Position numbers and translations under genes: made by a program. Below the pieces are notes generated by a model. That model did not search any database, was not told where the DNA came from, and saw only the letters and a program-made list of their open reading frames with translations. A DNA stretch of 64,000 nucleotides. It comes from Vulcanimicrobiota bacterium (GTDB taxonomy: Bacteria > Vulcanimicrobiota > Vulcanimicrobiia > Vulcanimicrobiales > Vulcanimicrobiaceae). Where the stretch lies: assembly GCA_963786105.1 (NCBI GenBank), contig CAWAXX010000014.1, positions 64,001 to 128,000 on the forward strand, written 5' to 3'. This document shows, in pieces, positions 1-9,405 of this stretch; position 1 is the first letter of the stretch; each line of letters starts with the position of its first letter.

Positions 1-154
1 TTTACGATCCCGCTACGTACGCCACCGGTGCGTTAACGGCGCGTCGCCGGCACCGGCGGCTTTCGTCTCGGCATGTGGGCCGAACGTCTCATTTTTGCGC
101 GAAAAGTCTCCGCCGCGCGGGAAGCGACGCTGCCGGCGGCAGAAACTACGATAA

Positions 155-1501
155 ATGTCACGTTATTATTTTTGGTTTCTCTGTTGCATCTCCGCCGCAC
201 TCGGCGCCTGCAGCAGCAACGATTCAATCCTCCACACGCAGTCGAGCTTACCGGTTATGCCGGCGTCGCAAAAGCACTCGTCCGACGGAGATTACATCAA
301 GCACGTCGTGATCGTCGTGCAGGAAAACCGCAGTTTCGACAATCTCTTCGCCACCTTTCCAAATGCCGACGGTGCGACGCGCGGCAAAAACAGTTCCGGC
401 CAATGGGTCAAACTCAAATCGGAGAATCTGCACAGCGGGCTGGAGTTGGAGAACAGCCGCGCGGCGTTCCTGGTGGATTACGACGCCGGAAAAATGGACG
501 GTTGGAATCTGGTTTACGTCAATTCCGCTCCGTGCCCGCGTTGTGCCTACGCGTACGTCAATCCCGCACAAATCCAGCCGTACTGGTCGATGGCACAGCA
601 ATACGTCCTCGCCGACCACATGTTTCCCTCCGAATCGAGCGGCAGCTTTTCCGCCCATCAGGATCTCATCCGAGGGGACAGCACTCTCGATCAGAACGAT
701 ACCCTCGTCGATTTCCCGTCGCACGGGCCATGGGGATGCGACGCGCCGTCGGGTACCACGACGCCTTTGCTGAACGCACAAGGCCAGTACACCCTAAACG
801 GGCCATTCCCGTGCTTCACGTACGAAACGCTGCGGGATACCCTCGACGCAAAGTCCGTTTCGTGGAAGTACTATACGCCAGCCCTGTTTACCGGAGGTCT
901 CGCGGGCGCGTATTGGGACGCCTTCGACGCCATCAGCGCCGTTCGCAACGGACCGGAATGGAAGAAGAACATCTCTTCGCCCGAGAAAAAGATCTTCAAC
1001 GACATTTCAAAGGGTTCGCTCGCATCCGTTTCTTGGGTCATTCCGGACGGACAGAACTCCGACCATCCGAGCTTTGCAAAGTCGGATACCGGTCCGGCGT
1101 GGGTGGCTCAAGTGGTCAATGCGATCGGTCAAAGCAAGTATTGGAATTCGACCGCGATCGTCGTCGTGTGGGACGACTGGGGCGGGTGGTACGATCACGT
1201 AGCGCCGCCTCAGCTCGACTACGCCGGTCTCGGGTTTCGCGTCCCGATGATCGTCGTTTCGCCGTACGCTAAAGCCGGCTACGTGTCGCACACGCAGTAC
1301 GAGTTCGGAAGTGTCGTGAAATTCGTGGAAGACGTCTTTGGCCTCTCCCGGTTGGGAACGAGCGACGTACGCGCGGCGAGCATCGACGACGTTTTCGATT
1401 TCACGCAGCAACCGCGTCCGTTCAATCCCGTTCCCGCGAAATACTCGAAGTCGTACTTCGAGCGTCAGTTGCCGTCGAATACTCCGGTCGACACGAACTA
1501 G
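155..1501 (+). CDS. Phosphoesterase (phospholipase C / acid phosphatase-like), probable lipoprotein
   Basis: IKHVVIVVQENRSFDNLF, LADHMF, SDHP, TAIVVVWDDWGGWYDHV and GFRVPMIVVSPYAK are family motifs. The signal peptide ends in a LGAC lipobox. Confidence 0.9.
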   Translation: MSRYYFWFLCCISAALGACSSNDSILHTQSSLPVMPASQKHSSDGDYIKHVVIVVQENRSFDNLFATFPNADGATRGKNSSGQWVKLKSENLHSGLELENSRAAFLVDYDAGKMDGWNLVYVNSAPCPRCAYAYVNPAQIQPYWSMAQQYVLADHMFPSESSGSFSAHQDLIRGDSTLDQNDTLVDFPSHGPWGCDAPSGTTTPLLNAQGQYTLNGPFPCFTYETLRDTLDAKSVSWKYYTPALFTGGLAGAYWDAFDAISAVRNGPEWKKNISSPEKKIFNDISKGSLASVSWVIPDGQNSDHPSFAKSDTGPAWVAQVVNAIGQSKYWNSTAIVVVWDDWGGWYDHVAPPQLDYAGLGFRVPMIVVSPYAKAGYVSHTQYEFGSVVKFVEDVFGLSRLGTSDVRAASIDDVFDFTQQPRPFNPVPAKYSKSYFERQLPSNTPVDTN

Positions 1502-1567
1502 GCTGCCGCGGCGGGGTCGTTGGAAACGACTCCGCCAAGCACTTGCTAAGTAGTTCAATCGCTCAGT

Positions 1568-1602
1568 GGGTCCAAAGTCCCATGCTCTGGGACTTTGGAC
1601 GC
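1568..1602. promoter_or_regulatory. 13-bp perfect inverted repeat forming two tandem DevR/NarL-like boxes
   Basis: GTCCAAAGTCCCA (1570-1582) and TGGGACTTTGGAC (1588-1600) lie in the intergenic region upstream of 1695. There is no U-tract. Confidence 0.5.
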
Positions 1603-1694
1603 ATGAGTCTTGACCGGCCGGCACGAACCCTCGCCTCGACTTGGATTACAACCAAGCGCCCTAGCTGCCGGCGGGATGCGGCATCGAGGCAAAT

Positions 1695-2696
1695 GTGGGT
1701 GTGCGCGTATTTCCGATTCGACTCGCCCTCGCGGTGGTACTAACCGCGGCTGGGCTCACCGCTTGTTCGGGTGGCATGCCACCGGAATCGAACGGCCGGA
1801 CATCTCCGGCGAGCGCCGGAAGCCTGCGCGTACGGCATTCCTCTATATTTTACGGTTGTCCGGTCTTCAAAAACACGTACGCTGTTAAGGTAGCGAGTTG
1901 GGCCCTCGATCCGAACAGCGCTGCGTACATTAGTTCCGTCATCCAGGCCGGCGACACCATGGGTTTTTACGCGTCGACCGGCGTCGAGAAAGCGAATCTT
2001 GCCAATAACCAAACGCCGTTGGTCACCGTGCACCAGAAAGTCCAATGGCATCAATTTCCCGTCCCGTACCCGTGGCAGTCGGGATTCTATATCGAGCCGC
2101 TGGGCGACGCGCACGCGATTGTCGTTCAGACCGATAGCTGCCATCTCTACGAGTCGTACTCCACGACGTACAGCAACGGTACGCTGAGCGCATACAGCGG
2201 CGCGAACTGGGACATGACGATTCGGTTCGTCCCGCTGGCTCCGGGCAATCCGTCGGCCATGGCGTCGGGCCTCTCGCTTTTTGCGGGAATGGTAAAGTGG
2301 GAAGACTACGAATCGGGCTCGATCGATCACGCACTCGACTGGTCGGCGATCGCGCATACGGTTGCGCAGACCGGGTTCGTTTGGCCGGCAAGCGATACGG
2401 ATCACTTGCAGTTCAACGGAAAGAGCCAATACCAGTTGCCGTACGGAGCGCGGTTGCGTCTGAAAGCCTCTTTTAGCACCTACGGTTGGGGACCTCAGGC
2501 GACGATGGTCGCTAACGCGATGAAGACGTACGGAATGTATCTGTCGGACACCGGCTCGAGTGCGAACGGCCTCTACTTTGCAAATGCGAGCAATGGGAGC
2601 AATCCCTGGAATTCGATCGACCTCTCGGCGTTAGGGCAAATTCACGTCGGCGACTTTGACGTGCTCAAGCTTCCGCCAATTCAAAACGCTCCCTAA
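1695..2696 (+). CDS. Exported lipoprotein of unknown function (paralog of 2715-3611)
   Basis: Signal peptide with LTAC lipobox. Long identical runs are shared with the convergent neighbour (HQFPVPYPW, LSAYSGA, PSAMASGLSL, YQLPYGARLRL). Confidence 0.8.
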   Translation: MGVRVFPIRLALAVVLTAAGLTACSGGMPPESNGRTSPASAGSLRVRHSSIFYGCPVFKNTYAVKVASWALDPNSAAYISSVIQAGDTMGFYASTGVEKANLANNQTPLVTVHQKVQWHQFPVPYPWQSGFYIEPLGDAHAIVVQTDSCHLYESYSTTYSNGTLSAYSGANWDMTIRFVPLAPGNPSAMASGLSLFAGMVKWEDYESGSIDHALDWSAIAHTVAQTGFVWPASDTDHLQFNGKSQYQLPYGARLRLKASFSTYGWGPQATMVANAMKTYGMYLSDTGSSANGLYFANASNGSNPWNSIDLSALGQIHVGDFDVLKLPPIQNAP

Positions 2697-2714
2697 AGAC
2701 GTCAGCGGAGGCGC

Positions 2715-3611
2715 TTAGTGGCCGGGTACGCGCTCGATGGCTCCCAGCGAGAGTACGTCGAAGTCCGTTATGTGGATCGAGCCGAGCGCTGCCAGATCCG
2801 GTCCGCTCCAATGGTTCGACCCGTCCAACGCCAGGGCGTCGTACAACTCGTCCTCACGTGCGGTGTCTGCCAAGTAGATGCCGTAGGTTTTCATCGCTCG
2901 AGCGATGGCCGCACTTTGCGGGCCAAAATGGGAGGTATCGAACGACGCTCGCAGCCGGAGACGAGCGCCGTACGGCAGCTGATACCGTCCGTTTCCTTTG
3001 AACGGCAATCCGTCGGTATCGCTGGCCGGGCGAACGAAACTCCATTGCGCGACGGTCCCCGCCGGAGCCGCCCAGTTTAGCGCGTGACCGATCGAGCCGC
3101 GCGCGACTTCTTCCCAACGAACCATCCCCGCATACAGCGAAAGACCGGATGCCATCGCCGATGGCGTGCCCGGCCCCAGCGGAACGAAGGGACGGCGCAG
3201 GTTCCAGTGCGCACCGCTGTACGCCGAGAGCACGCCGGCGGAAAACGTCGTCTGGTACGTCTCGTATAGCTCGCACGATAGCGTTTGAACCACCATCGCG
3301 TGCGCGTCGCTCAGCGGCTCGATGTAAAAATCCGGGCGCCACGGATACGGCACCGGAAACTGATGATACCGTACCTTTTGACGAACCGGAAACGCCGGCG
3401 TTGCGTCGTCGGCGAGGTTGACGCGCTCGGCTGGGTCGGCGGCCATCCAGAAACCGCCCCGATCGCCAGCGTCGACGATCGATCGTACGTACCGCTCGCT
3501 ATTAGGGTCGACCGAAGCGTTGAGAACGGAATTCGAATAGTAACCGCCCGCTCCAAACAGTCCGCACGCAGTCAGAGCCGTTGCTAGAACCGTCGAACTT
3601 CCTAACGCCAC
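2715..3611 (-). CDS. Protein of unknown function (paralog of 1695-2696)
   Basis: Colinear similarity to 1695-2696 over nearly its whole length. The start codon is uncertain. Confidence 0.8.
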   Translation of the reverse strand: MALGSSTVLATALTACGLFGAGGYYSNSVLNASVDPNSERYVRSIVDAGDRGGFWMAADPAERVNLADDATPAFPVRQKVRYHQFPVPYPWRPDFYIEPLSDAHAMVVQTLSCELYETYQTTFSAGVLSAYSGAHWNLRRPFVPLGPGTPSAMASGLSLYAGMVRWEEVARGSIGHALNWAAPAGTVAQWSFVRPASDTDGLPFKGNGRYQLPYGARLRLRASFDTSHFGPQSAAIARAMKTYGIYLADTAREDELYDALALDGSNHWSGPDLAALGSIHITDFDVLSLGAIERVPGH

Positions 3612-3654
3612 GAGGACCTCGACTTCTCCGCGAACCTCCCGGTTGCTTCTAGCG

Positions 3655-3683
3655 GGATGACAGGCGCTCCGCTCAGGATGACA
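3655..3683. repeat. Short REP-like remnant
   Basis: GGATGACA occurs twice (3655-3662, 3676-3683). CGCTCCGCTCAGGATGACA resembles the GTCATCCTGAGC-type extragenic repeats of many bacteria. Only one copy is in this window. Confidence 0.3.
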
Positions 3684-3702
3684 CGCGAGAACCGAGTCCG
3701 GC

Positions 3703-4524
3703 CTAGTGTCCGCTAATAATCGTGGCGCCGAATCCGATCAGCATCGCGGCCGGCACGAGGACGAGTTGAGATAGAACCATGCCGACGACCGCCGTCATCG
3801 AGAGTCCGGTGACCAGCGCTTTGACGTCCTCCAACGAGCGCTCCCCGCGAACTGCGCGGTCGGTAATCAGCGCCGAGGCCGGATCGACGATGATGTTGTA
3901 GGCGATGGTGGCAAAGCCGTTGACCAGGCCGCTGGAAAGAACGGCGGTTCGCGCTGCCGCCGGGTTGAGTACGCTGGCGTAGGCGGCGGCCGCGATGCCC
4001 GCGCCATATACTGCCGTAACGAGCACGTTCAGAATGAGGACGTCTTTCGGAACGCGCCGGAACGGAAGATCGCGCCACCGCGTCGCCACGCCGAACTTCA
4101 CCTCTCCCATCACGGCGGCGATCGTGGCCGGTCGAAACATCGCAAGCGCGGCCTTGGGAATGCTGCCGTTGCGCTCGAGCGATCGAATCGCGCGCAGATA
4201 GAACATGACGAACGTCGGTATCGCCAGCGTTCCGATAACGGCTCCGACGGTCCCCGAAAGAATGATCGAGCGCAGCTGCCATTGATAGACGCCAAGCGTC
4301 GCCGAGACGGCGCGGTCGGAGAGAGCGCCAAGCATCGGTGTGTAAAACATCTGCGCGAAGCGGCTGCTGGTCGCAAAGATGTTGAAGAGCGAAATAGCGG
4401 TGGCCACTCTGCCGGAGCGCGCGCCGGCCAGGCGAGCCGCGTACGCCGCGATCGCCAGCGCCTGGACGGCGCAATTGAGAACGATGGCCAGCAATAGCTG
4501 CCACGACCAAAAGTGGGGGGGCAC
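3703..4524 (-). CDS. amj: Amj-family (DUF2837) lipid-linked precursor flippase
   Basis: AYAARLAGARSGRVATAISLFN..SR and LVNGFATIAYNIIVDP..ALITD match my recollection of Amj/DUF2837. Hydrophobic protein of 273 aa. Confidence 0.8.
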   Translation of the reverse strand: MPPHFWSWQLLLAIVLNCAVQALAIAAYAARLAGARSGRVATAISLFNIFATSSRFAQMFYTPMLGALSDRAVSATLGVYQWQLRSIILSGTVGAVIGTLAIPTFVMFYLRAIRSLERNGSIPKAALAMFRPATIAAVMGEVKFGVATRWRDLPFRRVPKDVLILNVLVTAVYGAGIAAAAYASVLNPAAARTAVLSSGLVNGFATIAYNIIVDPASALITDRAVRGERSLEDVKALVTGLSMTAVVGMVLSQLVLVPAAMLIGFGATIISGH

Positions 4525-4635
4525 CTAGGTAGTCTAAAGCGCGCGGCGGGCTGGGCAATCTATCCTTCGCCCCTGTCGGTGGGACTTTCGCTTCTCGACG
4601 CCGCGGCACACGTACCGTATATTCGAAGAACCCGG

Positions 4636-6096
4636 ATGGCCACATCAACGACGACGCAAATCGAGCCACGAGCCGCACTCGCAGCCATCGCGCTCATGGG
4701 CGCGGCCGCCTTCCTTTTGCTCGTCGGCAATACGGGGGCTGGTGCGCTCGTCTGTGCGGCGGTCTTAGGAACCGCGGGGATCTATGCCGCGCTGCGGTGG
4801 CCGCTCGACTCGTTATTCGGCCTGTTCGTCTTGCTCGTTCCCTTCGACAACGTGCTGAACACCGGCTCGTTCGGTACCTTAACCAAGCTCCTCGGCGTGG
4901 TCGCGGGCGCATTTTTGTTATTCTGGGTCATGCGCCGGCGGCGTTTCAGCTTGGCGAGCAAGCCGGTGCAGGTGTTGTGCGCGCTCGTCGTTTGGATGCT
5001 CGCCAGCTGCCTGTGGGCCGTCGATCAGAAAGCCGCGCTGCAAATGATCCCGACGTACGCCGGGCTGATGCTGCTTTATTCGGTGCTCACGATGGTTCCG
5101 ATTTCGCGGGCGCAGTTTCGGATGCTGTTGTTTCTGATCGTTATCGGCGGCGTGTGCGCGGCCGCTTACGGCGCGAATCTCTTCTATCACGACCCGTCCT
5201 TCGCCCAACAAGCCCTTACGATGCGCCGGCTCGTCATCCAGGTCGGCGACTATCACATCGACCCGAACCACTTTTCGGACGCGCTGTTGTTCCCAGTCGC
5301 GATCGTCTCGATGTGGGCGCTGCGAGCCAAGGGATTCTTCACCAGGATCCTGTGCGTTGCAGCACTCGCCTTGCTGGTTGTGGCCATTCTCTTGAGCGGC
5401 TCGCGTGAAGGCCTGACGGCAATCGGCGTCATCGCCGCGTACTATCTTTGGCGGTCGCGCTACCGGTTTCGGCTGGCGGCCGGAATGGCGGTCGTGCTCA
5501 TCGTCGTCGCCACCGTACAGACCTCGGTGTTCCTGCGCTTTTCAACCGCATTGCAAACCGGCGGCTCGGGGCGAACGTCGATTTGGGCCGTCGCGATCGA
5601 GGCCGCGAAACACCGGTTTCTGCAGGGTTACGGTATCGGGAACTTTACCGAGGCATTCAACATCTACTATCTCAGCATTCACCAGCCGTACCCTTATGGG
5701 TGGGATAGCCCCGCGCACAATCTCGTGCTGCACTATCTCGTCGAGCTGGGCATCGTCGGCGTCGTTCTGATCGCCGGATTTTTCGTCGCACAGTTTCGCT
5801 CGCTGCGCGAGATCGATCGGAATGGCGAGTTTTATGACTACCGCGTCGTGATGGAATCGAGTTTGCTCGCTATCCTCGTCGTCTCGATGACGATCGATCT
5901 CTTCCAGTACAAGTACGCGTGGCTCGTCTTTGCGATGGTTGCGTTGCTGCGAAACGTGGCGGTCGCTCAGCAGAGCGCCGCGATGCGCCCGGCCAGATCC
6001 GCCATGATATCCGACCTATCGGCTCGTCTCAAAACGAGCTCCTTACCCTTATTGCCGAGTTCGCGCAGCGCGACCTTATCGAGCAGCGAGATCTGA
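4636..6096 (+). CDS. O-antigen ligase / Wzy polymerase-like membrane protein
   Basis: Multi-TM protein with DPNHF, LSGSREG, SGRTSIW, GYGIGNF and AHNLVLHYLVELGIVG (Wzy_C motifs). ATG at 4636 preferred. Confidence 0.88.
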   Translation: MATSTTTQIEPRAALAAIALMGAAAFLLLVGNTGAGALVCAAVLGTAGIYAALRWPLDSLFGLFVLLVPFDNVLNTGSFGTLTKLLGVVAGAFLLFWVMRRRRFSLASKPVQVLCALVVWMLASCLWAVDQKAALQMIPTYAGLMLLYSVLTMVPISRAQFRMLLFLIVIGGVCAAAYGANLFYHDPSFAQQALTMRRLVIQVGDYHIDPNHFSDALLFPVAIVSMWALRAKGFFTRILCVAALALLVVAILLSGSREGLTAIGVIAAYYLWRSRYRFRLAAGMAVVLIVVATVQTSVFLRFSTALQTGGSGRTSIWAVAIEAAKHRFLQGYGIGNFTEAFNIYYLSIHQPYPYGWDSPAHNLVLHYLVELGIVGVVLIAGFFVAQFRSLREIDRNGEFYDYRVVMESSLLAILVVSMTIDLFQYKYAWLVFAMVALLRNVAVAQQSAAMRPARSAMISDLSARLKTSSLPLLPSSRSATLSSSEI

Positions 6097-7151
6097 CGCA
6101 GCGCGTCGGCTAACGCTCGCGCGTCTCCAGCCGGCGTACATACCGCGCCAAGCGAAGCGCCTTCCGACTGGGCCTCTCCGCCGGCTGCCACGATGACCGG
6201 GCAACCCACCGACAACGCGTCGTAGAGCTTGGTAGGGATGCTTTCCTCGATCCCCTTGCGCAGCGGAATGATCGAAACGTCCGCGTTCGCGACCTTCGCC
6301 ATGGCGCCGGCGCGGGACAAACTTCCGGTGAGGCGGAGATTACGTATTCCTTCGGTGCGCACGCGCTCGTCGAGGCGCGTCCGCTGGGCTCCGTCACCGA
6401 CGATTTCAATGCTAATGTCGTCTTTTGCGACCAGCTTGGCCGCATCGGCTAGGACGTCGATGTCGGTGGTGAGGCCGAGATTTCCGGCGTACACGGCGGT
6501 GAAGCCATCCGCGCGCGGAGGAAGAGCCTGCACGTCGGGGACTCTTTCGGCAGCATTGCGCGCGAGAACGAGCCGGGACGGCTCGACGCCGCGCTGCGCG
6601 ATTTGAGACAGTGCCGTCGGCGTCACCACGGAGACCAGATCGGCGCGGCTGTAGAGAAAGCGAACGAATCGCTCGATCGTCCGGGCGAAAAAGCCGTCGG
6701 GCTTCCAAACGCCCATCGCAATGGCGATGTCGGGGAATACATCGCGAACGTCGACAACGAACCGCGCGCCGTGCCGTGCCGCCCCGATCAAACCGGGTAC
6801 CGTTACCGTAATCGGTGGTGAACTGACGATCACGACGTCGTAGCGCTCGCTCGTTCCGATCATGTAAAGCGACTCCGAAAGCGCGGCCGTGAGCCAATGC
6901 AGAAGCCGCCCGCCGGGCATGCCCGGAACCAAGATCGAAAGAAGGCGGACGATCCGAAACCCGTCGCCTTCATCGACGCGTTTGATGGGTCGCCGCCGCT
7001 CGGCAAACCGGCCGCGCGGAAACGACGGATAGCTGGTGACGACCGTCACGTCGTGCCCCGCTTGTGCAAGAGCTTTCGCTAGCGTACCGACGCGCAGCGA
7101 TCCGGCCCCCGGCTCCGGCGGAAAAAAGTGGGTAATCAGCGCGACCTTCAC
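5967..7151 (-). CDS. GT4 glycosyltransferase (WbuB-like)
   Basis: ITHFFPPE, DVRDVFPD, YAGNLG and SIPTKLYDAL motifs. The GTG start overlaps the upstream TGA. Confidence 0.9.
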   Translation of the reverse strand: MKVALITHFFPPEPGAGSLRVGTLAKALAQAGHDVTVVTSYPSFPRGRFAERRRPIKRVDEGDGFRIVRLLSILVPGMPGGRLLHWLTAALSESLYMIGTSERYDVVIVSSPPITVTVPGLIGAARHGARFVVDVRDVFPDIAIAMGVWKPDGFFARTIERFVRFLYSRADLVSVVTPTALSQIAQRGVEPSRLVLARNAAERVPDVQALPPRADGFTAVYAGNLGLTTDIDVLADAAKLVAKDDISIEIVGDGAQRTRLDERVRTEGIRNLRLTGSLSRAGAMAKVANADVSIIPLRKGIEESIPTKLYDALSVGCPVIVAAGGEAQSEGASLGAVCTPAGDARALADALRQISLLDKVALRELGNKGKELVLRRADRSDIMADLAGRIAALC

Positions 7152-8131
7152 GTCGTAGCCCCTCCCGAAACCGTGTCGAGTTTGAAGAACCGTTCGGGAA
7201 GACTGCCGAGCGTCTCGCCCAGGAGCCTTCGTCGGCTCGCCCGCGTTTCGGTGTAGGCCGTCCATCGCTGGGCCGCATCTTCGAATGAGGACTCGTCGAA
7301 CATTTTGGAAAGGACGTGCATCTGCGCGATGTGAAACTCGTGATACTTCAAGGTTGCGACGTGCGGCCGGCGCGTCGAGCTGCGCAAAAGGCTATACAGC
7401 GTCCACCAGCCGGTATCGAACCGCGGCAACCATCGCGCAAGCGTTTGGACGCACCGTTCGGAGAGTTCGCCGAGCCAGGGCTCGCCGGTGAGTTGCCATA
7501 GCTCCCAAATACCCCACAGCGCGTAGATGCATCCGTTGAGAACGTGCGGTGCGTGCCGGTTTGCGATCTCTTCGAAGAAGACGTCTTCGCCGCTTTTCCA
7601 GACGACGCCGCCGAGGTCGATCTCGGCTCGAAACGGTTCGGCAGCGCGAAGCGCGGCGGCGTCGAAGCCCGCACCTTTTTGCAGCCCATGCGCCCGCAAC
7701 AGCACCGAGATCGCTTCTCCTTGCGCCATCGCCGAAGCCCATCCCACCCCCGCGCCGTACTTGTGCCACGGAAAAGCAAACCGGTACGTACCGGCGATGC
7801 CGTCGTTCTGTTGGCAATCGCGAAGCCACGCGGCCTGCGCGAGAAAATCCATGCGTGCGGTGAGATCGCCGGTACGGCGCCACACGCCGAATCGGTGCAG
7901 GGCAAACTGAGCGATGCGGATGGCGTGATAGTACCGTTCGGGTCCGCTCAGCAGCACGCCGCTCGAATCGCGAGGTGCGCTCGTCCAATCTTCGCCGTAC
8001 ACGCCGTCTCCCGGATCCCACTCGATGAAATACGGAGATCCGCCCGGATCGCTCAAGGATTCCAAGCCGTACGCGCGGCGGTGCGACCACGTTAGTGGGA
8101 AGCCCAACGCCACCCGGCGCAGCACGCTCAC
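7148..8131 (-). CDS. D-glucuronyl C5-epimerase C-terminal-domain protein
   Basis: WASAMAQGEAISVLLRA, FFEE, HVLNGCIYALWG, W..YSL and YHEFHIAQM match the C5-epim_C family. GTGA coupling to the upstream gene. Confidence 0.85.
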   Translation of the reverse strand: MSVLRRVALGFPLTWSHRRAYGLESLSDPGGSPYFIEWDPGDGVYGEDWTSAPRDSSGVLLSGPERYYHAIRIAQFALHRFGVWRRTGDLTARMDFLAQAAWLRDCQQNDGIAGTYRFAFPWHKYGAGVGWASAMAQGEAISVLLRAHGLQKGAGFDAAALRAAEPFRAEIDLGGVVWKSGEDVFFEEIANRHAPHVLNGCIYALWGIWELWQLTGEPWLGELSERCVQTLARWLPRFDTGWWTLYSLLRSSTRRPHVATLKYHEFHIAQMHVLSKMFDESSFEDAAQRWTAYTETRASRRRLLGETLGSLPERFFKLDTVSGGATT

Positions 8132-9405
8132 GCCACGGCCTGCCGGACCAGCGGGGCGAATTGGCGTCCCAATAGATAGCATTCGAACCCACAGCGCTGC
8201 CACTCTTCGAGGGCAAAAAAGTTTCGCGTATCGATCAGGCGTGCGGTGCGCATCAGCGGCGCCATCTCCGCCGGACGGATGCTTCGGAACGCCGCGTGCG
8301 GTGTGACCAAGACCAAGGCATCCGCGTCGGCCGCGGCGTGCGCGAGCGATTCGGACAGAGGCTGGGTAAATCGCGTGACGAGCGGGTCGTAGACGGCGGT
8401 CGCATAACCGCGTTCGTGCAGCAAATCGGCGATCCGGGCGGTGGGACTTTCACGCGCGTCGTCGACATCGGCCTTGTAGGCCGCGCCGAGCAGCGCGATC
8501 TTGCGGCCCCGCGCCGGGCCTACCATTTCGGCGATCCGGTGCACGATGTGGTACGGCATGCGATCGTTGACGCGCCGCGCAGATTGGATGAGTTCGGTGA
8601 CGAACGGGCTGGCATTGGAGAGAAATTGCGGATCGACCGGAATACAGTGTCCGCCGACCCCGGGGCCCGGATTTAAGATGTTGACCCGCGGATGCTTGTT
8701 CGCGAGCTCGATCGTTTCCCAAACGTCGACGCCGAGTTCCTCGGCGATGATCGAAAGCTCGTTCGCAAATGCGATGTTAACGTCGCGAAACGTGTTCTCC
8801 ACGATCTTGACGAACTCCGCACCGGCCGTCGACGCCAGTGCGATCGGACCTTCGCAGAACGACGAGTAGAGATCGCGGACGATTTCGCCATCGCGACGGG
8901 TGCGACCGCCGACCACCCGAGCGTTGCTGCGCAACTCTTCTATGATTGCACCCGGGATGACGCGTTCGGGACAGTGCGCGACGTGATAGTCGTCGATCGA
9001 TTTGCCGGCTCGGTGCAGGGCTCGCTCGAAAATTCGTTCGGTGGCACCGGGGGGCACCGTCGATTCCAGCACCAGCAGCGAGTGAGGTTCGGCCACCGCC
9101 GCGACCGCCTCGGCCGCCGCCTCCACGTAGCGAAGGTCCGGTTTGCCCTCGTGCGTCGGCGTGGGAAGACACAGAACGAATGCCCCAGCGGCCGGAACGC
9201 GGTCGACGACGTGCAGGTTGCCGCTGGCGAGGGCTTCGATCACGGCTTGGCGCACGGCGCTTTCGTTGGTGGCGATTTCGCCCCGCTGTAAACTGCGCCG
9301 CAGGTTTGGATTGGCATCGTAGCCGTACACGCGGTGCCCGCTTGACGCAAAAAGCGCCGCCGTCGGCAGCCCGATATACCCGAGGCCGATAACCGCTACG
9401 TTCAC
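8128..9405 (-). CDS. UDP-N-acetylhexosamine dehydrogenase (WecC/WbpA-like)
   Basis: VIGLGYIGLP, LESTVPPG, HCPERVIPG, KIVENTFRDVNIAFANE, GVGGHCIPVDP and AYKADVDDARESP motifs. Confidence 0.93.
   Translation of the reverse strand: MNVAVIGLGYIGLPTAALFASSGHRVYGYDANPNLRRSLQRGEIATNESAVRQAVIEALASGNLHVVDRVPAAGAFVLCLPTPTHEGKPDLRYVEAAAEAVAAVAEPHSLLVLESTVPPGATERIFERALHRAGKSIDDYHVAHCPERVIPGAIIEELRSNARVVGGRTRRDGEIVRDLYSSFCEGPIALASTAGAEFVKIVENTFRDVNIAFANELSIIAEELGVDVWETIELANKHPRVNILNPGPGVGGHCIPVDPQFLSNASPFVTELIQSARRVNDRMPYHIVHRIAEMVGPARGRKIALLGAAYKADVDDARESPTARIADLLHERGYATAVYDPLVTRFTQPLSESLAHAAADADALVLVTPHAAFRSIRPAEMAPLMRTARLIDTRNFFALEEWQRCGFECYLLGRQFAPLVRQAVA

Noticed and set aside
1..36. Possible 3' end of an upstream gene (FTIPLRTPPVR*)
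   Set aside because: Too short to assign.
1570..1600. Rho-independent terminator of the phosphoesterase gene
   Set aside because: A hairpin is possible, but there is no U-tract and the arms match the island-wide operator-like motif. Not fully excluded.
3564..3611. LTAC lipobox in 2715-3611
   Set aside because: This Cys aligns with the internal GCPVF Cys of the paralogue, and the leader is short and uncharged, so it is probably structural.
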